Shown here: piece after piece, positions 1-8,955 of the stretch | Layout: the number at the start of each line of letters is the position of its first letter | Numbering within the stretch: the first letter of the stretch is position 1 | Source: an uncultured Candidatus Binatia bacterium | Lineage (GTDB): Bacteria; Desulfobacterota; Binatia; UBA9968; CAXXLF01 | Reading direction: 5' to 3' | Length of the DNA stretch: 64,000 nt | Assembly (NCBI GenBank): GCA_965218425.1 | Contig: OZ244621.1 | Location: forward strand, 2,816,001-2,880,000 | The notes under the pieces: generated by a model | The model's database searches: none | What the model was told of the DNA's origin: nothing | What the model saw: the letters and a program-made list of their open reading frames with translations, nothing else | Program-made: the position numbers and the translations under genes

Positions 1-9
1 CTTTGCTTT

Positions 10-366
10 TTAAGGTCGGATAGTGTCGATCAGGTTTTGGAATGAGGAGAATTGGTTTCCTTTCCCGAATTCGGACTGATTTACTCGGATGTAGCGCCAG
101 CGATTGCCGGTTTGGTCGGAGACCTTTCGGCACCAGTCGGAAATAGCGGCGTCCTTGGCTAGAGTGTCCTCCCATCCCCGGCCCTTAGTCTCGATGATCC
201 AATTGACCTCCCCTCCGTCAACTTTCTTTTTGGATGGGGACGCAGGTAGGATAGTATGACCGATCGCGCCACTTGCCTTCAAGTAGTCTACTTTGAAACG
301 GGTGCCGCTCTTCCGCTCCGTCGCGCCGAGAGAGGCAAAGCGGGGGATGTCGCTCACTTCCTTCAA
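10..366 (-). pseudogene. C-terminal remnant of a type III restriction enzyme Res-like nuclease
   Basis: NWIIETKG...KDAAISDWCRKV...WRYIRV resembles Res C-terminal PD-(D/E)xK domains. The expected YYPD motif is scrambled (YYP lies in another frame) and no helicase region is present upstream. Confidence 0.6.
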
Positions 367-626
367 TTTCCTTTGAACATGTTGGACCTAAACCACGGGT
401 CGGATCCTAGTGCCTGCTATGGTGATTGTAAAGAAAAAAGCCGGGAGCCATGACAATAAGACTAGGGCAGCCGGGGGCGAGGGATCGTTTGTTTTTTAGC
501 TCGTTCACATTCCACCAGCGTTTTGCCTTTACAGGCCCGCTTCAAGAGCGTTAACTTATTACGTTCCTTCCCGGCTGCCCCCGAGTGCATGGGGTGCAAA
601 AGGACTGGGAAGACCGAATTCCACCT

Positions 627-1235
627 ATGGCGATCCAGCGAAACCAGGTAGACGAGAACAAGTTTAACCGCAAGGCGATTCTGCCGTTTCAACTTCGTCT
701 GAAGGATTTTGGGATGGCTATGCAGGACGTCTACGATTTTTTCCACGATGTTAACGTGGGTCTCGTTGAGCGGGGACTTGAGCGTCTGGACGACCAGCTT
801 CGTCCGGCAATCATGTCCGGCGTACTGTCGGACATGTTGACTGCTAGTCTGGCGAAGCATTCGAGAACGCTTACTGTGAATGCCTATTTCAATGGACATC
901 CCGACCTGGTTGTCCGCGGGGTGTACCCTCTGGATTCTGTCAAGGCGGGGTCAAAAGGCGTTGAGATCAAGACAACAAGGAAGGCCGGCGGGGCGGTAGA
1001 CACGCACGGGGCAAGGGATCAATGGATGTGTGTATTCGTCTACGTCGTGGATAATCAAACCGAGCCAGCACGTAAGCGAAAACCAATGACATTTGCGGAA
1101 GTTTATCTGGGCCGGGTTTCTACAGTTGACTTCCGCAAAAATCCCCGAGGGGAGCTCGGAACGAGAACAGCAACGCTCCACCGGGAGGGGATAGAGAAGT
1201 TGCGGCAAAATTGGATCTACATATTGAAGGAATAA
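627..1235 (+). CDS. putative type II restriction endonuclease (PD-(D/E)xK fold)
   Basis: GHPDL...GVEIKTT catalytic-type motif; about 200 aa; convergent with and overlapping a DNA MTase gene. ATG 627 preferred over the ORF-track start. Confidence 0.6.
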   Translation: MAIQRNQVDENKFNRKAILPFQLRLKDFGMAMQDVYDFFHDVNVGLVERGLERLDDQLRPAIMSGVLSDMLTASLAKHSRTLTVNAYFNGHPDLVVRGVYPLDSVKAGSKGVEIKTTRKAGGAVDTHGARDQWMCVFVYVVDNQTEPARKRKPMTFAEVYLGRVSTVDFRKNPRGELGTRTATLHREGIEKLRQNWIYILKE

Positions 1236-2389
1236 TTCCCGCCGTTCTTGAACGCAGTGAGCTTTGGAATCGCCGTTCTAGCCAAGTCAAAATACCGAGG
1301 GTCTTTCTCTAGTCCTAGGCTTTCGTATCCGACCGCCTCAGCGGCGGCCAAAGTCGAGCCCGATCCAGCAAACGGGTCGAGGACGGTACCCTCGCCAAGT
1401 GGAAGGACCCCTCGGATTAAGCTACGCAGAAAAGCCTGAGGTTTAAGACTTGGATGAGGTGCCAGGCCACGCTCGGATTTATGGGTTGGCGATGACGGAA
1501 TTACATCCCCAAAGGGACGATCGCCTGAGGGTCGTCTGAAGCCACCGGCTTTCCACTTTCGAAGATTGTCTTGGATGCGGCCCTCGATCGGTTTCCGAAA
1601 AAGAATCCAAGGCTCCCACATTGAGCGCGGCATCACGCTTACGCCGGAAAATTCCTCATGCGCATGTTTTGGCCTGTCACCCCCGCGCATCGTCATAACG
1701 AGTCGTACAATTTCTCCGCGCCGCTCCAAACCGGACCGCGCCAGAGCGCCTGAGACCACATAGGATAGCAGAGGATTGCTCGCGACGATGACATTGGCTC
1801 CAGGAACAAGGACTGGTAGCAGCGCTCGGCCCCACTGAAAGAAGAAGCGTGCGAGCTCTTCAACATTTTCTGGAGAGAGGACCGTGAAACGAGGAAGGGG
1901 CGAGCGTTTAGTCCCATCGAATGCGGGTGGAATTCGCCAGATTCCACCCTTTCCATTGCGAAGTTTACTCTGTTGCTCGGGGGCGTACTCCACCAGTCCG
2001 TATGGCGGGTCCGTCACCACAGCATGGATGGAATTCTCCCGTCGCTGTTCCAACCACTCAAAACAATCAACTTCAATCAAGGTTGCTCGCCCGAACCTGG
2101 TTGATCGGTGTGATATCGGCTTTCCTGGCTTTGATCCATATGCCGCGGAAGGAGCCTCGCGGATGGTATATACACCTCGGTCCCGCCGGCGAAAAAGTGA
2201 ATCGGAGTTTAAACGAAGGTACGAACGTATACTCGACGGGGCGGCGCCACCTATTAGATTACGAACAGCGTCTTGGATTTCGGCGACGGAGGCTCCGTAA
2301 GGCTTTGTCGATAGTGCAGCAACGATTGCGTCACGGACCTCGCCCGGCCGTCGGCGCTTCTGATTTTTTCGTCTTCCTAATGTTGGCAT
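1217..2389 (-). CDS. site-specific DNA methyltransferase (N4-C/N6-A, beta class) with N-terminal winged-HTH-like domain
   Basis: Motif IV TDPPY precedes HPSLKP and motif I LDPFAGSGST. The N-terminal ~75 aa (GASVAEIQDAV...SSIRSYL...F.R..RGVY) is wHTH-like. Confidence 0.9.
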   Translation of the reverse strand: MPTLGRRKNQKRRRPGEVRDAIVAALSTKPYGASVAEIQDAVRNLIGGAAPSSIRSYLRLNSDSLFRRRDRGVYTIREAPSAAYGSKPGKPISHRSTRFGRATLIEVDCFEWLEQRRENSIHAVVTDPPYGLVEYAPEQQSKLRNGKGGIWRIPPAFDGTKRSPLPRFTVLSPENVEELARFFFQWGRALLPVLVPGANVIVASNPLLSYVVSGALARSGLERRGEIVRLVMTMRGGDRPKHAHEEFSGVSVMPRSMWEPWILFRKPIEGRIQDNLRKWKAGGFRRPSGDRPFGDVIPSSPTHKSERGLAPHPSLKPQAFLRSLIRGVLPLGEGTVLDPFAGSGSTLAAAEAVGYESLGLEKDPRYFDLARTAIPKLTAFKNGGNYSFNM

Positions 2390-2395
2390 GAACGA

Positions 2396-2424
2396 AGATT
2401 ACGACGTCCAGACGTCTTTGTCAA
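2396..2424 (-). promoter_or_regulatory. sigma70-type promoter of the MTase with tandem GACGTC in the spacer; probably leaderless
   Basis: Minus strand TTGACA (2424-2419), 17 bp spacer, TAATCT (2401-2396). The ATG at 2389 lies 7 nt after the -10. GACGTC occurs at 2403-2408 and 2411-2416. Confidence 0.7.
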
Positions 2425-2497
2425 TGTTTTTCTAAAGGCGCTGGCACAAAGCCAACCATTGCTGGCTCTTGGTTTACGTTCAGAGGCTACGATTCAC

Positions 2498-4927
2498 TTA
2501 AGTTTTTGCCCGTTGGTTAATGGCGTTCCACAGTCTCAAGGGCGTGAAGGGGGCCTCGGTGACCCGGACTCCCAGGGGCTCGAGGGCATTGTTGACGGCA
2601 CACAGGATGGCGGCTGGTGTGGTATGGATCGCCGCCTCGCCGACGCCTTTGACCCCAAGTGCCGTGATGGGAGAGGGGGTACACATCTCGTACTGCTCTG
2701 TTGTCGGCACCTCCGTGATCCTGGGCATCAGGTAGTCCATGTAAGTGGAGGTGAGAATCTGTCCCTGTTCATCGTAAACGTATTCCTCGTGGAGTGCTAC
2801 GCCAACCCCATGGGCCATCCCTCCGATGAGCATTCCTTTTACGACGCTCGGATTCAATCGAACGCCGCAGTCGTCCACCATGATGTATCTGAGGATCTGC
2901 ACCATTCCAGTCTCCCGGTCCACTTCCACCATGCACAGGTGCTGGGCGCTGGTGGCGGTGACGCTGTAACGGCCCCAGCCGTGCTCATCTGGAATGGAAC
3001 GGTCGGGTGGGTTCCAAACATAGGTTGCCTCCGGATTGGCATCGATACCCTCAGGTAGCAGGTCCGGACGCATGGCCATGGCCATGACCACTTTCATGGT
3101 TGGCAAGGCCTTTTCGGGGACACCGCGCACACGAAACTGTCCGTCGAAGAATTCTACGTCCTGTGGCGCCGCCTCCATCATACCCGCCGCAACCCGTGCG
3201 AGCTTATCGGTGAGCCGCTTTGCCGCCCCGAGGACGGCGCCGCTGAGGGCAATGGCCAGGGAACTGGAGATAGGTCCTGTACCAGGCTGCATGGTTAGGC
3301 TGTCGACGGTGATGACCCGTATGTCGTCCGGCGTCATGGAAAAGTAGTCGGCGAGGATCTGGCGCACAAAGCTGTGCTGGCTCTGTCCCCCTTGGGGAAA
3401 GCCCACCTCTACGATCACCTTGCCGAACTGGTCGATGCGAATGAGCACACCTTCCGGCGACGAGGTTCGCGTGAAGATGCGGGGCGATGCCAGGGAAAGC
3501 ATGGGCGGGCCCGTCAACCCGGGTTCGATGCTGCTCACCACACTAAGGCCCACGAGCCGGCCCTCCGAGCGAGCCTGTTCCTGCTCGCGCTTGAGATCAC
3601 CGTAACCGGACTTCTCGAGCAGCATCCTGAGACCTTCCTCGTAGTTGCCGCTGTCGTAGACGTTGCCCGACGGCAACTCGTAGGGAAAGCTGTCCTTGCT
3701 GATGAGGTTGCGTCGGCGCAGCTCGATGGGGTCCATGGCGAGCTCTTTCGCCGCCATGTCCATCAGTTGCTCGAGGACCCAGAAATGTGGCGGCAGGCCG
3801 AAGGCCCGCATGGGTCCCTGGGGGACCTTGTTGGTTACCACGGCCTTGGTATCGTACTCGAAGTTCGGGAGATGGTAGCAACTGCCGAAGGCAAGGATCG
3901 GTTTGATAACCATGCCGACGGCGAGCCATTCGGAAAAGGCTCCCATGTCGTCGATCATGTTGACCCGCATTCCCGTAAGGGTGCCGTCGCGCTTCAGGGC
4001 CAATTCACACTCGTAAAAACGGTCCCAGGCGTGGCTGCTATTGCCGATCATGTGCTCGATGCGGTCTTCGGTCCACTTGACGGGACGACCACCAAGTTTT
4101 TTCGCTAGCAGTGAGAGCAGGGTCACGTATCGGGCGAAGGTCTTGACGCCGAAGCTTCCACCCAGGTTGGATTGAATAATCCGGATGTTGGAAGAGGGTA
4201 GGCCCAGGGAAAAGACCAAGGCGGGTAGAATGAGGTGTGGCGAACGATGGCTGCCGCGTAGGGTCAGCATGTTTGTCACTGGATCCCAGTCTGCAATACA
4301 GACGCAGGTCTCAATAGAATTGCCGCTGCTGCGGTGCCAACGAAACTTTTCTCTGACCACTGTGTCCGCTTCAGCAAAGGCCTGCTGTGTGTTCCCGTAA
4401 GAGAATTTACGGGCGTACGCGGTGTTGCTCTCTTTCCCCTCCAGTACAATGGGTCCCTCACCGGCGGCAGCGTTTACGGCGTCCACCACTGGCTCCAGAG
4501 GCTCGTAATCCACTGCAATCAGTTCCAGTGCGTCTTCGGCGGTATAGCGGTCCTTGGCAGCCACCACAGCCACGGGCTCCCCAACCCAGTGGGTGATTTC
4601 AACTGCCAGCGCATGGCCGGTCCAACCCTCAGGTATGCCGAATACGGGGCTTGACCACTGTTTGACCTCTTGACCGGTGAGCACAGCGGTGACGCCTGGA
4701 AGTTTTTCCGCCCTGGAGGTATCGATGCCCTTGATGCGGGCGCGAGGGTGGGGACTGCGCAGTATGGCTGCGTGCAGCATCCCGGGCAGTTGTATGTCGT
4801 TACCGAACTCGACCCTTCCCGTAAGCAGCAAGGGGTCTTCCGTACGAGGCACGTCGCGTGCCACATAGCGCGGTTGGCTGATGGGAAGGTTTTCGGGAAG
4901 TTTGGGATCGGCGGTGGCCATAAGCAT
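2498..4927 (-). CDS. xanthine dehydrogenase family molybdopterin-binding subunit (CoxL/CutL-like)
   Basis: ILRSPHPRARI, GGSFGVK, NVYDSGNY and KGVGE motifs; active-site loop PMRAFG. Confidence 0.9.
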   Translation of the reverse strand: MLMATADPKLPENLPISQPRYVARDVPRTEDPLLLTGRVEFGNDIQLPGMLHAAILRSPHPRARIKGIDTSRAEKLPGVTAVLTGQEVKQWSSPVFGIPEGWTGHALAVEITHWVGEPVAVVAAKDRYTAEDALELIAVDYEPLEPVVDAVNAAAGEGPIVLEGKESNTAYARKFSYGNTQQAFAEADTVVREKFRWHRSSGNSIETCVCIADWDPVTNMLTLRGSHRSPHLILPALVFSLGLPSSNIRIIQSNLGGSFGVKTFARYVTLLSLLAKKLGGRPVKWTEDRIEHMIGNSSHAWDRFYECELALKRDGTLTGMRVNMIDDMGAFSEWLAVGMVIKPILAFGSCYHLPNFEYDTKAVVTNKVPQGPMRAFGLPPHFWVLEQLMDMAAKELAMDPIELRRRNLISKDSFPYELPSGNVYDSGNYEEGLRMLLEKSGYGDLKREQEQARSEGRLVGLSVVSSIEPGLTGPPMLSLASPRIFTRTSSPEGVLIRIDQFGKVIVEVGFPQGGQSQHSFVRQILADYFSMTPDDIRVITVDSLTMQPGTGPISSSLAIALSGAVLGAAKRLTDKLARVAAGMMEAAPQDVEFFDGQFRVRGVPEKALPTMKVVMAMAMRPDLLPEGIDANPEATYVWNPPDRSIPDEHGWGRYSVTATSAQHLCMVEVDRETGMVQILRYIMVDDCGVRLNPSVVKGMLIGGMAHGVGVALHEEYVYDEQGQILTSTYMDYLMPRITEVPTTEQYEMCTPSPITALGVKGVGEAAIHTTPAAILCAVNNALEPLGVRVTEAPFTPLRLWNAINQRAKT

Positions 4928-5091
4928 CTTTTTAGGATTTAAATCAAGTAACAGTCCGGATCCACGGAAGTGGACTCAATCCCCACCGTGGTCTCTAGTG
5001 AGAAAAGGGGAATGTCCCATGAGCAATGCAACCTCTTCGCATGTATGTCCTCTCACATGCTTTCGCCGCTGTTGTCCCGAAAACTTTGGAG

Positions 5092-5601
5092 CTATTTTGG
5101 GTTGGTCTCCGGGGCCGCAGCTTCACCCCGAAGCCGGGATGCCGCCAGTTTCACCGATTCAAGAATATCTTCGTATCCGGTACAGCGACATAGATGACCC
5201 GACAGCCACTCCTTGATCTCATCCACGCTAGGATTGGGGTTGGATTGGAGGAGTTTGTGTGTCGTCATCAGGAAACCAGGAGTACAGAACCCACATTGGA
5301 GCCCATGCTTTTCCCGGAACGATTGCTGGATGGGATGGAGTTCCCCCGTTGGACTTGCGAGACCCTCTACGGTCATCAGTTCCATGCCATCCGCCTGTAC
5401 CGCGAGCAGGAGACAGGAACGAACGGTTTCACCGTTCATCAGGATCGTACAAGCGCCGCATACGCCGTGCTCGCATCCAATATTGGTGCCGCACAGTCCG
5501 AGATCCTCGCGTAGAAAGTCCGATAGGGTCTTGCGTACCTCCACCGTTCCTTCGTGATCCACGCCGTTGACCCTTAACCTAACGGTTCGATTGGTTGCCA
5601 T
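5092..5601 (-). CDS. Mo-hydroxylase (2Fe-2S) subunit (CoxS-like)
   Basis: GCEHGVCGAC, QCGFCTPG and CRCTGY motifs. Confidence 0.95.
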   Translation of the reverse strand: MATNRTVRLRVNGVDHEGTVEVRKTLSDFLREDLGLCGTNIGCEHGVCGACTILMNGETVRSCLLLAVQADGMELMTVEGLASPTGELHPIQQSFREKHGLQCGFCTPGFLMTTHKLLQSNPNPSVDEIKEWLSGHLCRCTGYEDILESVKLAASRLRGEAAAPETNPK

Positions 5602-6476
5602 CAGTTCCCTCCAAGTTTCCGCCAGGCCTGATCGAGGGAGCGCCTGGTTAGTGTCCCTGCCACGGACCGTCGGTAGTCTGCGGAGGCGTGCAGGTCATTG
5701 TCCGGATCCAATGCTTTGGTTACGGCATCGGCGGCGGCCTGAAACGCAGCCTCGCCCGGCGCTTGACCCACCAGGAGTTGTTCGGCCGCTTCGACCCGCA
5801 CTGGTGTGGGGCCAACGCCAAAATAGACCAGTCGCGCTTCGGTCACCGACTTGCGGGCTTGGTCAAGGCGTAAACCGGCCACGACACCCACCAGGGCGAA
5901 GTCCCCATGACGTCTGCTCACCTCGAGAAATGACCAGGCCATGTCCTTTGGAGGAGCAATAAATCGTACCTCCGTTAACATTTCATTGGGCAGGAGACTT
6001 GTGGTGAAGAAACTGACGAAGAATTCGTCGCTGGGGATAGTCCGTGATCCATTGGAACCGGAGGTCACCATCTCTGCTCCCAGTGCCAACGCCAGGGCGG
6101 GTAACTCCGCCGCAGGATCGGCATGAGCGATACTGCCACAGATGGTGCCGCGGCTCCGGATCTGTGGATGCGCGATATGCCGGGCCGCGTCGCATAGGAT
6201 TGGGACACGTTCTGAAAACAGTTGGGCTTTCTCGATGGTTTGCACGGGTACGGTTGCGCCCACGGCAACCCCTTTATCCCAGGGCCGGACATAGTACAGG
6301 CCTTGAATGCGGTTGATATCAACGATCACTTTGGGTCGAACGAGCCTCATATTAAGGAGGGGCATCAGGCTCTGACCCCCTGACAGCACCTTGCATTCGC
6401 CGGAGTTATCGTTGAGTAGCTTCAGTGCCTCTTCCACGGAATGCGGGTCGTGATAATCAAAAACCGGTGGTTTCAT
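5601..6476 (-). CDS. Mo-hydroxylase FAD-binding subunit (CoxM-like)
   Basis: SGGQSLMPLLNMR, HPQIRSRGTICGS.AHADPAAE and RRHGDFA motifs. Confidence 0.95.
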   Translation of the reverse strand: MKPPVFDYHDPHSVEEALKLLNDNSGECKVLSGGQSLMPLLNMRLVRPKVIVDINRIQGLYYVRPWDKGVAVGATVPVQTIEKAQLFSERVPILCDAARHIAHPQIRSRGTICGSIAHADPAAELPALALALGAEMVTSGSNGSRTIPSDEFFVSFFTTSLLPNEMLTEVRFIAPPKDMAWSFLEVSRRHGDFALVGVVAGLRLDQARKSVTEARLVYFGVGPTPVRVEAAEQLLVGQAPGEAAFQAAADAVTKALDPDNDLHASADYRRSVAGTLTRRSLDQAWRKLGGN

Positions 6477-7210
6477 TTATTTGCCTTTGCCTCAACGAGC
6501 TCTGCTCCCATAGCAATTTTCCTTAGAAATTGAGTGGCGCGGTGCCAGGAGTCTTCTGCGGCCTCTTGCTTGTATGCGGCTCCCTTGGGATTGGTCCACC
6601 CGTGGTCTGTCCCCGGGTAGGTTTGAATTTCAAAGACTTTACCGTGCTTCGTTAATTCGCTCCGGTAACGTTCCACTTCCGTCATGGGTACCAGCCGGTC
6701 AGCCTCGCCGAACAGACCGATCACGGGTACGCTTAGATGCTGGGCCCGGCCAGCAGGCTCCGTAGGTGTGTTGGGGTTGGCGGTATCATTGGTCGGAAAG
6801 CCGTGAAACGCGGCGGCGCCGGCAATTTCCTTTTGATAAGTTGGCCACAGTAAGGAAAATCGTCCTCCTACGCAGTACCCCCATGCAAAGATGGATTGGT
6901 TCTCAACAAGGGAGTGGTTCTTGAGAAGATTTAACCCGGCGTCCAGATCTCCCAGTACCCGTTCATCCGGTTGGGAACCGGGACGCTTGAAGGGATCTTC
7001 GGGGATTCCCGGATGATCAAAGATATTGACTCCCAGGGCTACCCAGTCTTCCTTGGCCAGCCGCTCCACGGCGTAGTGAGCGAAATCGTCAAAGCCCCTG
7101 ACTGTGGGTATGACGATGACCCCGGGGAAGGATCCGCTCCCTGAGGGAACCGCCAAAAGTCCACCGATGTCACCGCCTTGACGTTGTATGCGTATTTCCT
7201 GGACTGCCAT
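6473..7210 (-). CDS. dienelactone hydrolase family protein
   Basis: GYCVGG nucleophile motif; GEADRLVP and YPGTDHGW. Confidence 0.9.
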   Translation of the reverse strand: MAVQEIRIQRQGGDIGGLLAVPSGSGSFPGVIVIPTVRGFDDFAHYAVERLAKEDWVALGVNIFDHPGIPEDPFKRPGSQPDERVLGDLDAGLNLLKNHSLVENQSIFAWGYCVGGRFSLLWPTYQKEIAGAAAFHGFPTNDTANPNTPTEPAGRAQHLSVPVIGLFGEADRLVPMTEVERYRSELTKHGKVFEIQTYPGTDHGWTNPKGAAYKQEAAEDSWHRATQFLRKIAMGAELVEAKANK

Positions 7211-7246
7211 GAAACCCTCTCGAAATTGTCTTTCTTTCTTTAGAAG

Positions 7247-7717
7247 TTAGCTAGCAGGACCCGCGGGCGCGTTGGTACGTGAGGCGAGTTGGTTCTGCAT
7301 GCACTTGAAGAACTGGCCCATGAACTGCTTTGCCACTCCTTCCAACAACCTCTGACCGACCCCTGCAACGAGACCGCCCACCTGTGCGTCACCGCTCACA
7401 TGGACGGTGGTTTTATCTCCGCCGTCTTCCTGGAGCGTCAATACCCCTTCGCCTCGAACAAATCCTGCCGCGCCCGATCCCTCGACAAACAATTTGTAAT
7501 GCTGGGGCGCATCTTTTTCTACCATACGGATCTTGCCTTTAAAGTTACCCGTCACGGGCCCCACCCCAATTTGCATGCTGGCCTTGTATTCGTCAGTACC
7601 TACTTCTTCTAATTCCCGGCAACCGGGAGTACATTGTTGGAGGGCTTTTGGGTCCGTAAGCAGATCCCAAACCTGCCGCCTTGTTCCCTGAAAAGAGTAG
7701 CGATTCTCAAGCTTCAT
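7247..7717 (-). CDS. coxG: CoxG/SRPBCC family accessory protein
   Basis: VWDLLTDP..L..C.PGC and GGLVAGVGQRL motifs; next to coxMSL-like genes. Confidence 0.85.
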   Translation of the reverse strand: MKLENRYSFQGTRRQVWDLLTDPKALQQCTPGCRELEEVGTDEYKASMQIGVGPVTGNFKGKIRMVEKDAPQHYKLFVEGSGAAGFVRGEGVLTLQEDGGDKTTVHVSGDAQVGGLVAGVGQRLLEGVAKQFMGQFFKCMQNQLASRTNAPAGPAS

Positions 7718-7869
7718 TCATCCCCCTGCCAACCCATTGATGTCTTTCAATTTTGCGCGGTTCCTATCTGATAGCGTTGGGGTAGCTGCTTGTCAAGGGG
7801 GAGTGACTCTGCATAGTACGACACCGCCATGATTTACGAGAGCAGGTAAGCGTTGAGCGAACCGTTACG

Positions 7870-8835
7870 CTAACGTAGGTAGCCCCGCTCACGCCAGTAG
7901 CGCTCAGCTGCCGGATGCAATGGTACATCCATGGGCGTGTCGGGGCCGTCGATGCACATCCGCTCGATGGGTAACGGCCCTGTCCCCTGCCAGGGGACTT
8001 TGTCCTTGCGTGCCTCAATGCCATAGCAGATAAAAGTGACGATCTCGTCAGATACGTCGGCACGGGTGAACAACGCCCAACCGCTAAAGTCGAGACTCAT
8101 CATGTCCTTGGTGATCTTTGGAACCGCCGCCTTGGTGATAAGGGCCCGTCTGTAGCCCACGGCCTCTAGCTTCTTGAGGATCGGTTCCTCCAAAGGCAGA
8201 AAGCGCATGTTCAAATCCAACGCCATATCGCCCCACACGTTGACCGCCTCGTCAAAGATGGCATCCACCTCTCCCCGTTCCACCGCACCGATGCGGTTCG
8301 GCGCGTCAGGGAGGCCGGGATCGTATCTCACTTCCCCTCCCCAGGAGCGGATATCGCCCAGGGAGAAACCGTAAGCCTCGAGAGTGTGTTCCACCATGGG
8401 CTGGATAGAGTGGTCCCGCTGACCTCGAAGGGTCACCTTCAAGGGAAAGCGACGCTGGCGAATGTCGGCCAACGAACTCAACCCAGTTTTCTCAGTGACG
8501 GCGAATCCCAGCTGGTCAGCAGAAGGTATGGTTGTGATGGTTCTCAGAGGGGCGGGATTTTTGTACGGACCCGTTCCTCGGTAGGCGAGGGTGAGGGGTT
8601 CCACGGGATTGATGATCCCCAGGTCAGCGTCTCCACGGATAACCTCGTCGATACCGCTGGGCGCATCGCTGGCGAAAAAGGATAGGTTCCAACGCGGTGC
8701 TCCCTGTTCTCTAAGGTAAAGCTTGATTTGCTTGTCATTCCATTCCTCGATTCCAACCAGCTCGGAGGCCATCTCCAAAACCAGACGGGACCGAGTGGTC
8801 ACGGGTCGCGCACGGGTTCGTGAAGTCGCTTGCAT
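7870..8835 (-). CDS. TAXI-family solute-binding-protein fold, no evident signal peptide
   Basis: GDADLGI and GEVDAIFD; C-terminal VPLHPAAERYWRERG typical of TAXI. Confidence 0.75.
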   Translation of the reverse strand: MQATSRTRARPVTTRSRLVLEMASELVGIEEWNDKQIKLYLREQGAPRWNLSFFASDAPSGIDEVIRGDADLGIINPVEPLTLAYRGTGPYKNPAPLRTITTIPSADQLGFAVTEKTGLSSLADIRQRRFPLKVTLRGQRDHSIQPMVEHTLEAYGFSLGDIRSWGGEVRYDPGLPDAPNRIGAVERGEVDAIFDEAVNVWGDMALDLNMRFLPLEEPILKKLEAVGYRRALITKAAVPKITKDMMSLDFSGWALFTRADVSDEIVTFICYGIEARKDKVPWQGTGPLPIERMCIDGPDTPMDVPLHPAAERYWRERGYLR

Positions 8836-8955
8836 AGCTTGGATTCCTTTCTAGTGTAGTTTGTCAATTAACTTATTCAGTGCCCTCTCCCTTCCAGGCT
8901 CACCCCTCGATCGGCAGTCCGTCGGAGGATTTTCTGGGTTCATGAATAGTGTGCG

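Noticed and set aside
418..428. Match of spacer 2 (TATGGTGATTG) near the R-M genes
   Set aside because: Only 11 bp; roughly expected by chance in 64 kb on two strands
2498..4927. Aerobic CO dehydrogenase CoxL
   Set aside because: Lacks the AYxCSFR and AYRGAGR signature loops
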